A stretch of DNA of 64,000 bases from Camelus ferus. Its lineage: Eukaryota. This document shows, piece by piece, positions 14,354 to 25,462 of the stretch (its first letter is position 1; every line of letters begins with the position of its first letter). The position numbers and the translations under genes are program-made. The stretch covers positions 96,350,001 through 96,414,000 of the forward strand of contig NC_045697.1 in NCBI RefSeq assembly GCF_009834535.1, in the 5' to 3' direction. The notes below the pieces were generated by a model that searched no databases, was not told where the DNA came from, and worked only from the letters and a program-made list of their open reading frames with translations.

Positions 14354-14685
14354 TGTTGCCAAATCCAGACTCGTTCTGCTCACCACACGACAGGCCAGTA
14401 AATTGGAGACGAGGTGTTGGGGCAAGGAATAGCCACTTTATTTGGAGAGCTGGCAGACCGAGAGGATGGCAGACTAATGTCTTGGAGAACCATCCTGCTC
14501 TAGTCAGAATACAGGCTCCTTTTATACAAAAAATAAGGGAGGGGGAGGGAAAATAAGGGAGAGGATGTGGTTGATTGTTGTAATCTTCTTGCTGCAGGCA
14601 TTCTTTGTTCTTGCAGCCATCCCCGTGGGCTAGGTCATGGTGTCCCTGTAAACCTCCAACAAAACAAAGGTTGTTCTCTACTACA
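14354..14685 (-). repeat. 5' LTR of the provirus (332 bp)
   Basis: Minus-strand TATAAAA at 14520-14526 and AATAAA at 14437-14442. Confidence 0.92.
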
Positions 14686-14735
14686 CTGTCACTTTCATTA
14701 TATTTGCTGTAATTAGTGGTTTGCTCACAAACAAC

Positions 14736-15373
14736 TGTTGCCAGTGATTAGATTATTGTCACAGAAAGAATTCAGAGATGAGACACAGAGGTTAAGAAAG
14801 TGAAGTGGGGATTTATTAAGGGATAGATAGTGCGCCCTCAAGGGGAGAGCAGGCAGGGTCAGGTAAGTAGCTGCTCTGGGTTTCTTTGGCAAGTTGGTTA
14901 CATATTGTGTAAAGAAGAATGGGAGGAATATTCGTTGCGGAGGGAAGGGTTTGGGGTTGTATTCTCTGATTTTCATCCCAGCTCCACCTTCCTAAGAGAA
15001 GGGGTGATTTTTATCTTTATTTAGTCCAGATCAGAAGTGTCCTGGCATCAGTGCATGATGGGTACTTCTAATTGGCAAGGCTAATTTTATTCAAATGAGC
15101 AAATGAGCAAATGAGCATAATGAGCAAAAGGTGACATTTGGATTCTGGAGATTCCCGCCTTTTCCCACCTTTCTTTGTTGGCCTTCAGGCCACTTGAGTG
15201 ACTGCTTATCAGCCCAGAGGTTCCTGCTTTTCCTTCTCTGCCCAGGGATCCCTTGTTTATATAATATATGGTCTCCTGCATTTGGCATATGCCCCTCCTT
15301 TTTGCCCAATTTCCACCATTTGGCCTGTGTCCCCCATTCTCTGCTCGTATCTAGCTATCTGCCTGTTCTAATA
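14736..15373 (-). mobile_element. ERV1-class solo LTR
   Basis: Starts tgttgcc and ends ctaata (decayed CA); near-TSD caac/taac; minus-strand AATAAA (tttatt, ~14812). Confidence 0.75.
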
Positions 15374-15419
15374 TAACCACAAACAGACTCAAATGTACAG
15401 TCTCTGACATCATACCCCT

Positions 15420-15540
15420 TGTGACCTCAGGTTAACCTGATAACATGCAGAGACCCTATTTCCAAATAAGGTCATATACACAGGGACTAGGGGTTAGGAC
15501 TTGGTCATATCTTTTCAAGAGACACTATTCAACCCACTAG
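15420..15540 (-). mobile_element. MLT1C/D-like LTR 5' fragment
   Basis: tgcagagaccctatttccaaataaggtca...ggggttaggac...ttcaacccacta. Confidence 0.7.
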
Positions 15541-15599
15541 TTGATATATAAATAAAATTGTATTTGTTATGAGATCCCTCAACTATTTCCTCAGTTTCT

Positions 15600-16455
15600 T
15601 CTCCCACCCTTATAAACCTATCTGCAGCACATCTATCCTTAATACTTTCATTAATTTAATAGAACACTATAAATTTCCCCCAGCCAAGTTTCATTAAATA
15701 ATCTAGATCTAGGCTGACATCCAACTGAAAACCAAATTTAACAATCCTCATCCTCCCCCTCCCCCATTTATCATCTCTGTTCCCTCAGGCTTTGCTTTTA
15801 ATTCCATCTCATCTGGAGCATAAACAGACAAAAACCCTGGTCTCAAAATACACTCTAGCTAAGAATTGTTTTTCCTCTTCCCCCCACACCTATACTTCCA
15901 AGGAGTCCACATATCCTTAGCACTTCCTGAAATTCCCATTTACCACTTGGTCTAATCCACTGGGACTTTTACTTTGCCTTTTCACTGAAGCTACTATTGC
16001 CAAAATGAGCAATGTCAAATTGCCCAATCCATGGATTACTTTAACTTCTGATTTTACTTGATACACCTGTGATATTTTAGTCTGCTGCTTATGACCTTCT
16101 GTAATCTCTTTCCTTTTTTGGCTTCTGGAATGCTGTTCTTCTAATTTCTTCATTCTTTCCTTTCAGTCTCTCTATGGGTTTCTCTCTCTCTCTTTCCTTC
16201 TTAACTGTTAGTGTTTACTAACAGCTTTTTTGCCCTCAGCTTTTCTCAAGCTCCATTTATATCCATGGGTACCACTACCACTGATATGCTGTCCACTTCC
16301 AAATATTTAGCTTCAGCCAAATATTATATCCTAAAATTCAGATCTGTTGGTCTTTCCCTGGATAAATTCCAGGCAACTAAAAATAGCATGTTAAAAACTG
16401 TGCTCAATAATTCTTTTCTACTAATGAATCCTTCTCTTGTTTTGTTATCCAGTTA
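15600..16455 (+). mobile_element. L2 ORF2-derived fragment
   Basis: cactgaagctactattgccaaaatgagcaatg...ccatgggtaccactaccactgatatgctg resembles the L2 body. Confidence 0.55.
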
Positions 16456-16599
16456 ATAATCGTATTAAGATATGATCAGTAAAGCAATACAGCTAGGATA
16501 CATAAAAATTAAGTATTGAATCTACTTATACATCTATATCTTTTGATATATCTATACATTACCAATATCTGTCTACATAAATTTTATCCATAATTTATT

Positions 16600-17710
16600 A
16601 TAAGGATTGTCATTCTACCTGTCTGTCTATATATAATTTATTACAAGGATTTTACCTTGCATAATTGTGGGGACATGCAGTCTAGGTGAGATTGTTTTTC
16701 TGTTTCTGGTGCTGAAGACAGGTCTGAAGGACAAGCAGTCAGAAAAGGGAAATAGAGGTAAAGTGACAAAAACAAAGATAAACAGGAAACTGAGTCTGAA
16801 CTAGAAATAATGACTATGTATTGGAACCAGCCACCTCCAGATCTCCAGCTGGAGGATGGGTTGTCTGCAGAAGCTGTCACCCTTCGTCATGGAGTTAAAT
16901 GCACACATTGCCTAGAGAAGCTAAAACAGGAGATTTAGCAGAAGTTTGAACTGCTGTGGGCCCACCTACTACCCCAAGCCCACTAGGTGAGCACACAGAT
17001 AAATATCAACATGCATGATCTGCCACGACAACCTGTATCCACTGCAAAGTTTTTGAGCATAAGAAGATGGCTGTTTCTTCATTTACACCTTCAAAAGTTC
17101 ATGTGAAATATCTCTCATGGTTCATGAGGTGGGGAAGCTCTGAGAAATGTTGTTCTGTTACTGAAAAAAGGAAAATAAGAATTACCTCAGTTCTTAGTCA
17201 CCCAAAAAAAAGAATTTTTGACAAGAGACAAAGAGCGTGATATAAGCAAGATTTTTATTAGTGAAGTTAAAAAAGTAAAAGATAGTACACTTCTGAGAAT
17301 TAGGAGTGGGCCAATCCAAGAGAGGACAAGTGGCATGGCTCTTTTTTTTTTCCGTCTTACCTCCTGGCCTAGGGCATTTCTGTGATTGATTGATTGACTG
17401 ATTGACTGATAACTCAGGTTTCCTGTGTTCTGGCATGCCCATTCCCTTTTGTGCAGGTTCATTGGGTCACGTTATACCAAATCCCCCTCCCATGTGCAGC
17501 TGCAGTGCTTTGATTTTAACTGGTTTCTTTTACTGGCCCTCATTTAGAGAAAGTAAAAATTTCTGGAGTCCTTTTTCCTGAATGCAGATACACTGCCATT
17601 TTCTGCCTTGTTCCTTTCCCCTTCCTCTTCCCCTGCCCAGTGCTCATTTGTATTCTAAACTACCTAACAGTTCCATTTTTGCTAAGTTGACTTGATGCAA
17701 GTCCACCACA
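16600..17710 (-). mobile_element. Old ERVL-class (MLT2-like) LTR interrupted by a younger LTR
   Basis: Minus strand starts tgtggtggacttgcatcaagtcaacttagc; sequence resumes across the GTTC TSD. Confidence 0.55.
17156..17669 (-). mobile_element. ERV1-class solo LTR
   Basis: TGTTA...TAACA inverted termini; perfect 4-bp TSD GTTC at 17152-17155 and 17670-17673; minus-strand AATAAA ~17254; internal (TGAT)n. Confidence 0.9.
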
Positions 17711-18800
17711 ATAATATCAATGTGATATAAAAAACTAGAAGTCCCCTTCAAATGCACTTACTCTTTTCCCACATTCAAGCTCTCAATAAACTATGTCCTT
17801 TCATCATGAAACTATGTATCATTCAGCACTGTGAACAGATCATCACCTATTCTTTCTCCTCAGTTCATTTACTAATGATATTTTATCTTGTTAAAAAAAA
17901 AAAACAACTTCCCCTGATTTTTTTAATGAAGCATTAATTATCTTACAAATGCATCGTCCAAAGATTTGTCTTACATAAAAAAGTCTAGTTGTGTTTAAAT
18001 ATGCTTGAAACACTTCATTGTTTACAGGGACACAAAGAATAAACTCTAAATCAGATCATACTGGATCTCCCTTATTATAACCTTTGTCCACCCACCCAAT
18101 ACTCTGCCCTCCAGCCACACCAAACTCACAATGAGATTCAAATATGTTAACCATTATATGGTGATTATATTGTTATTGTACTTATTTTAGATGTTGGTTA
18201 AGTACTCCTTAATGCTGAAAGACACTGTCAAAGACTGAGCACACATTAAAAAGATGGGATAAAATCTAAAGAAGTCCTTTAAATCTGATCTCTCATTTTG
18301 AGTATACTTAAGTCATACTCTTAAAAAGTTATATACCCTTGACAATTTAAAATATCTGCAGTATTGCTTGGGAGATATCTCTGAAGTCTTTGAAAATGAT
18401 TACTGAATGAAATATTTAGTCTCAACAAGATCAAGAGAAGTACCGTGCTACATGGGAGAGGAGATGGTTTGAAAGAGAACAGTTTATGAGGAATATGGAG
18501 TTAAGCATTCCCTCTGGAATTCAGACCTAAGAAATAATAGCTTATTCCACTGTGCTTTGCCTGTTTTATGGTCTCCATTAATACTTGTTTGCTTTCTTTT
18601 CAACTATTATTGTTGTTATTTTTGTATATCACATAAAACAAGTCTAACTTGTAAGAGAAGGTGGTCTGGGATGAAAAAAATTTCTCTGCTTTATCTATAG
18701 CCAGAATATCAGGTCCTTTATTTTGCAGGAATTTTTTACAACTGTGAGTCATAATCAAAATACCGGAAAAAAAAAAAAAAAAGGAAAAAAAGATAGCCAC

Positions 18801-21112
18801 TGTGGGAAGTAGTTATATTAATGGCTTCTGCCAATCCTAGTAGCTATGAGCTTATATAGTTCCCTCCCACAATGACTGAGCTCAACCATGTGACTTAACT
18901 TTAGCCAAGGAACATAAGCCAATGTGACATAAACAGAGACTTTTTAAGTGTTTATATATTGAGGTTTCTCTTCTTGGAAACAAGCTGTCATCTAAGGATG
19001 CCCAAACTAGCCTACGGAAAAGCCATGTGTAGGAAAATTGAGGTAATCTGACTGACAGCACCAAAGAACTGACAGTCAAGTGACTAGCCATCCAGGACCA
19101 GCCAGTCCCCAATCAACATGTCAACTGACAGCAAAAGCATGAGGGAGAAAGGCTGACACCACATAAAGCAGCCTCACCTACCTCAGTGCCAAAGTTGGTA
19201 ACCTATAATAGAAAACATATAAATGGTTGCTTTTTTAAGCCACTGAGATTTTGATGATTTGTTTTGCAGCAACAGATAATAAATACAGAAATTGGCACTG
19301 GATTTGCAGTGCTATTGAAAACCTAAAATATGAGACAACGGCTTCAAGATTAGGGATAGGTGCTAACCAAAAATGTATGAGACGGCAGTTTGTCATGTCT
19401 AGATAAGACCAGAAAGTAGGTGTGAAACTATTATTGGAGGCTGATAAAAAGGAAACTCATGTTATATAGTAGCAAAATAAGTGGCAAATGGTATCACTTA
19501 GTAACTTGGAAGATGAAAAAAAATTAATAATAACCTAAAGTTTTTGTGCATCTGGCTAAGTAAATTTCTAGAAAAAAATATTGAAAATATTAGAATTTCT
19601 AGTGCATATGACATGGTACTTCATTCAAGAATTACTAAAAAAGTTAAGTATTCACTTTTTAAGCAGAATTTAGAGGAAACTGAAAATGCAGTACATGGTG
19701 TCTGGGATGAAGAATAAAATCGTGTGTATCTCTTATTAGGCAAGATATTCTCACATAAGAAATGACCTGGTTTATGACTGTAAGACCCCTTCATAAACGT
19801 TGGAAATTTTCAAGTTGGTGTTTAAAGACCCTCTTATTTATACAACGTTTATAAGAATGTTAAGTGTTCAGTCCCACAGCAGCCTGATAAAAGCAAAGTA
19901 AAGATTGTCTTTAAAAGAATTACGAAAGTGGCTTTTGAATCATGGAGTAAATGTCAATAAGATTCATGAGTAACACTCAAAGAATTTAAAATAATTGTAT
20001 TTAAAAGAGCACCTAAAGACTGGACAGTAAGAAATTGAGATGATTCAAAATGAAGAAAAAAAAAAAGTCCTCTACTTTTCTAACTTTCTTTGATAAGGAA
20101 ACATTGTGAAAGCTATTCAGCTGCAAACACAGGCCATTACTGATAGAAAAGGAATAATCTCTCAGAGGGCAGAACCAACAGCCCAAATGACAGATCTAAG
20201 CTACATGGAGAAAATTGGAAAGGGAGTTTCACCAAAGAACTGGAACTGGGCTCTAATCAATGAAAATTTTCTGTCCTTAGGATAGGGGGCCTGAAAAATG
20301 TGTGTATGACTGAATTTTAAAATTTCTGTGATCCAGTGTTCCTATGTGCTTTCTATTACTTCTATTACTTTGAACAGAAATGTAAAAATCCATTGTCGTG
20401 TCCCTCTCCTAACTTTGCATGTGGAATGTCAAATAGATATCCTTTTGTTTTAATTCTGAAGTCCATGTATAAAGAGGAGAAATACTCAAGGATATCAAAA
20501 AGCTTCACCTGCATCTTGATGTAATTCAGATCCTGAGACTGTGACATTTAGACTTAATGTGTGACTATTTGAGCTTTGAGATATCTTAGAAGAGGCTAAG
20601 TATATTTTTCATGAAGTAAGGTTGTGACTTATTAGAGTCACATTCTATGGTATGTTGTCACATTAATATCCAGCAATGAATTATACCTCATGGTTATCCT
20701 GACCTTTGTGTAATCTCTAAACTTCAGCTTGTTTTGACCAATGGGACATTGAAACCTGTGACAGAGGTAGAGGCTTAATAACCTCATGCACGGACACTTG
20801 TCCTTTTGAAACTCAGTGACCATGTGAGTAATCCTAAACTAGCTGTGGAGAGGGCAAGGAGAGGATATACTGATACTTCAGCTGACAGTTGCAGTCAAAC
20901 CACACATGTAAATAAGGAAATCTGTGACCAGACAGCATTCAACCAACCTGCCGTCTGACTGCAAACATGTGATTAATGCTTCCTCACATTACCTGGAACA
21001 TACATAGGCCATCTCTACTGACCTCTGCCCAAATTCCCAACCCACAGAATTGTGGTAAAAAACAAGTTTGTGTTTTAGGCCACTAGGTGTGGGAGTATAT
21101 ATAAATGATACA
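18801..21112 (+). mobile_element. Complete MLT1G/H-like MaLR (LTR-internal-LTR)
   Basis: LTR1 18801-~19286 (ends ttttaagccactgag...gcagcaacagataataaataca); internal begins gaaattggcactgg...aacctaaaatatg; LTR2 ~20646-21112 (cccacagaattgtgg...ttttaggccactagg...tgataca). Confidence 0.8.
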
Positions 21113-24100
21113 GCTAGTAAAGTGTCCTAGTGTAAAGTATTTGTCTACTCTCATGGTCACAGAAATGGAAATTATATGTATTTTGTTATAACATATTTTA
21201 TGAAAATTTTAACATATTTACTTCAAAACAGAAAAAAAATAGTGAAATATGCATACCACCCATATATTATCAAGAAGATATTCATGTATAATACTTACAC
21301 AAGAGTAAAATGAATTATTAGAGAACAATTTATTTTCACAATGCATATCTAGTATATTGGTGTATATTGATGATCAATACATTAGAAATGCATGTGTATA
21401 TTTCTCATCCTGAGAAATTTAAGTATTTTCACAAGGCAAAATGAGGCTAGCTAGCTAGCTAGCTATGTAATCTATCAATCTATTATCTCTCTCCAAATGT
21501 ACATTGCTATGCATTATTAGTGAAAAAAAGACATTAAAAGTTTTTAAGTAACTTGAAAAATACTAAGAAATTTCAGATCTATTTTGCCTTATCACGGTGC
21601 TGTAACATTCAGTATGCTTTCAATAAATATTATAGTTATTATTATTTTCAAGAATATTATTGTACTAGCAAAATCTCAACACACATTGTAAACTATGTAA
21701 GTTGATTTTGTCTGTACTTAATTCCAATTCCATTCCAAATATGATTGACTCTTCTATTTGTTTTACTCATTCTTTGGCAATCAGGATGTGTCTGGTGACG
21801 ATGCTTAAAAAATGTGATTATTTCTGTAAAACCACTCTGTGTATATAAAATGCATTGAAAATAATAACATCATAAAGGTGCTTTCATTATGATTAACTTA
21901 CAACTCAGAAATGCTTTAAAGACAGGTTTTTAGTGATAAATCTTGAAGCATGGCAAGCTTACAATACCGTTTTCTATGCTCATCAAATATGAGATGAGTA
22001 GATTATCATGATGGTAGTTTTGAAATATATACACCTGGGTGAAGCACTATTATAATAGTCTATATCCACTCTGCATAATGCCAAGCATTTAGCATTCAGC
22101 GGAATGCCTTTATTTTAAATTAAAATAATGCTTTTCTAACTTCAAAATAAGTAAGGTTGTGATTAAACTTGTATTTCCTGATCTGTAAAGCACTTTTTAC
22201 TTTTTTTAAAGGTGACTTATGTACATAATTATTTCACACATTTAATGCTATGGATGTAATCAAAAAAGAAGACTTTTAATTGAAATGGAGGTAGGCAATG
22301 TTATGCTTCATATAAAGAGGTTAAAACATGACAAGATAAAAATAAAAAATAATAACAGTTTTTTCTCCCACATTAACATTCACAAACTTTAAAAATATCA
22401 ATCTTATTCTGTCATTTGATCATTGTCTCTTAGTGGAGGGCCCCCATACTTCACTGTATTAACTTTGTTTCTATTCAAATTATGCTAAATTATCACCTTA
22501 TTGGGTATGAGTTATGCCAATTGTGGACACAGGATAAGAAGACAGGCTTAACAGTCTCAGAAAATAATAGGAGCAAAATATAGCTCATATCAGAAAAGCA
22601 TTATTGCTAAATGCAAAGAAAGGCTTAAATATTCATATAATGTGTGTCTGATTTGAAAATACTGATTTTGAGGCAAATTCATGAGGTAGGCCCTCATTTT
22701 TTTAAAGTGATAGTCTAACCCAAAGTACTCAGAAGCATTTGGATTAGTAGCAAAATTTGGAAAGTAGAAGAAAAAGAGAATATATGACCACTGTTGTATA
22801 GAAACTCTTTTCTTGGTGATCCTTAACAAATTCTTTCCACTAATTAATAGCTTGTATGTTTTCACATACAAGATAGTTTGCTTCACGCTGAGAGTTGGAT
22901 GAATAAGACATACCGCCCATCTTCAAAGCTATTTCAGGCAAATTTCTTATAATGACAGTCCTGAATAATTAGGGCTCATGACAGTGATGTGAGTGGGTGC
23001 TATGGGTACATAGAAGAAGGGATTCTCTCTCTGACACGGACAACAGGTGGATGTTCTGAGAAGACAGTGCTTGGATTGAAGTTTTGGAAACATATTTGAA
23101 TGGAAGTAAAGCAGCCCAGCAAAGGTAGGGGTAGGACGTGTGAATACATGAAGTCATCCAGTTAACTATGATAAGGGCTTCCTCTGTATGAAGCTAAAGG
23201 TGTTTAGGGAGATGAAACACAGTATTTTTATTAGTAATGTTACTCTTGCATGTCTTTTGCAGTTATGATTTCAATATGTATGATTAAATGTGTTGAGAGA
23301 GTAGAAAACACAGCATATTATTTTGTTCTTTGAGCACATAAAATGAATAAGCAATGATGACAAATGAAAGAAATTACATAGATTGATATGAGGAAAAGAG
23401 CAGAGGATTTGATAAGGGGTGCAGGGATGAGTCTAAAGGATAAGTGGAAAGTGGGTGTATCATGGGGGTCATGCGCTGTTTGAAAGTGTGATTCTACTCT
23501 TGTTCAGGTAGGTAACCAGGGAGATTTTAATGGCTTTAACATACTGCATGTGTTCTTAATCAAACCAACATCCAGATAAAAGCATTCATACTGCCTACTA
23601 TTTTATTTTTAATAGTCCCTCGCTTTTCACCCAAGGGATCTGTTTCCATTTAGCTGGTATTCATGATTATTTCCCATAACCAATAGGTTCTTTTCATAAA
23701 GTAGGTTGCCGTATTTGAGGAGTTACATATTTCCTACTTGGTATAGAAAAATATCTTGTCTGTCTTCTCTTCTTGATTGACTTAGGCACTTTACAGATGC
23801 TCAGGGAGTGACAAATTTAGTTAAGCATAATTACAGAAAGCTCCTTTGATAAATTTTTTTCTGTGTATATTCCATGTTCTATATGATAGAGGTAACATAT
23901 CTGGTCTTATGTAAATATAATAGATTAATAATATTTAGTAGTTTGATACAAGTTTATAAGGTTCAAAAGCAAGCAAAACTAAACAACAAGTATATATATG
24001 TATATATGTGTGTGTGTATATATATAGTACACATTTTTAAAGACAAAGTGATAAAATTCAGGATTATGATGACTTCTATTATGGAGGGAGGTGATCATTT

Positions 24101-24239
24101 CAGTATTGTTGAACATACTCTTTTTCTAAAATTTGATGATGAGTCACTTCACTTAGTATTCATTTTCATTTTATTGATGATTCAGAAACCATGTTTATGT
24201 AATATACATTCTCCTGATTCTTTCAAAATAACATCATTT

Positions 24240-24400
24240 TAAAGCACTGATTTGGGAGTCAAGAAAACTAACTTCTGGTCTCAACTGAGCCATTAACCAA
24301 TTCTGTGATATTTGCCATGGAACTGAATATTCTCTGGCTACAGTATCATCCTATGTAAAGCAGGCATCTAATCTGTATATATTCTACTGTCTTTTCTATA
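24240..24400 (+). mobile_element. MIR fragment
   Basis: agcactgatttgggagtcaagaaaacta...ctgtgatatttgcc. Confidence 0.5.
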
Positions 24401-25462
24401 TAAAAATTCTGTGACTTTTAATATATAATAGAAAAGCCATTGCATTAATAATGGGGTCCTGGAAAAATGGTGCAATGTTTCAAAATAAGGATTCTGAAGT
24501 CAGAGAGACAAGATTTAAACCATGTTATCTTTTACCCTTGTGACAATGAACAAGTAACATAATTATGCAAAACCTCAGGTTCATCTATGACATTAATGAA
24601 TAGCTAACATTTACTGAGACCTCAGCAAATATTGTGTTAATGTATATATATTTTTCATTTAAATATAATGACAAGGCAATGAAATATATGCTGCTATAAT
24701 CTTCATGAGAAAATAATAGCTTAGACTGTTAAGTTCCTATCAGGAGCATTCAAACCCAAATCTTTCTTTCTCCAGAGATATTAATTAACATAAAATTATT
24801 ATTAATATAAAATTAATCCAATGAATATAATTATTTTATATTAATTAATTAAATAATTGATATAATTATTTAATTTTATAAACATTAAATTTAATTAATA
24901 TAAAAATAATAAAATGGTTAGAAAAATGTGGGCACATAGTACTCAATAAATAGTTGAATATTGTATTTGCTAGTTATTCTGATTGTAACTGATATCAGGG
25001 AAGCATTGTCCACAGTGTAACAGTACTGGTCTTCGTCATAGGAGTAGTCATAGCAATATGACACCATCTTGTATGTCTTATCCACTCACATAATATTGTG
25101 ATTTTGGCCAAATAAACAATCATATGCTGAGATAAATTTAAGAAACTCAAAAAAAGTGAGCAGAAAAGAGGACTACAAATTAAAGTTGTGGTGGCTATTT
25201 GTTGTTTTACCTTCCCAGAATAGTATTTCCCTATTGTGCAGGTAAGATTGTTCCTGTATTTTGATGGGGATTATCCTACTGACCCTTTGGTTTTGGCTCT
25301 GTGTGCCCATGACTGAAGTGATACTATTCACTGTACTCCATTACTGAGGCAGGACAGCATGGGATCCAAGCCTAGGCATGTTTTTAGAGCCACTGGATAT
25401 TTGAATCAATCTGTATCATCACCACAGTATCCATAAATTTCATTTCAGGAGATAGATGGGGA

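Larger units (their letters stand above)
9233..14685 (-). mobile_element. Two-LTR non-autonomous ERV1-class (MER4-group-like) provirus
   Basis: Direct LTRs at 9233-9549 and 14354-14685 (TG..CA); 4-bp TSD CTGT at 9229-9232 and 14686-14689; purine tract (minus tagtggggaat) next to the left LTR; PBS next to the right LTR; AT-rich internal region with no recognisable gag/pol/env ORF. Confidence 0.92.

Noticed and set aside
17291..17299. GAS/STAT motif TTCTGAGAA in a solo LTR
   Set aside because: A single TTCN3GAA is expected by chance every few kb; there is no tandem arrangement.
24775..24915. AT-only palindromic tract
   Set aside because: Low-complexity AT-rich sequence; the symmetry is expected from composition.
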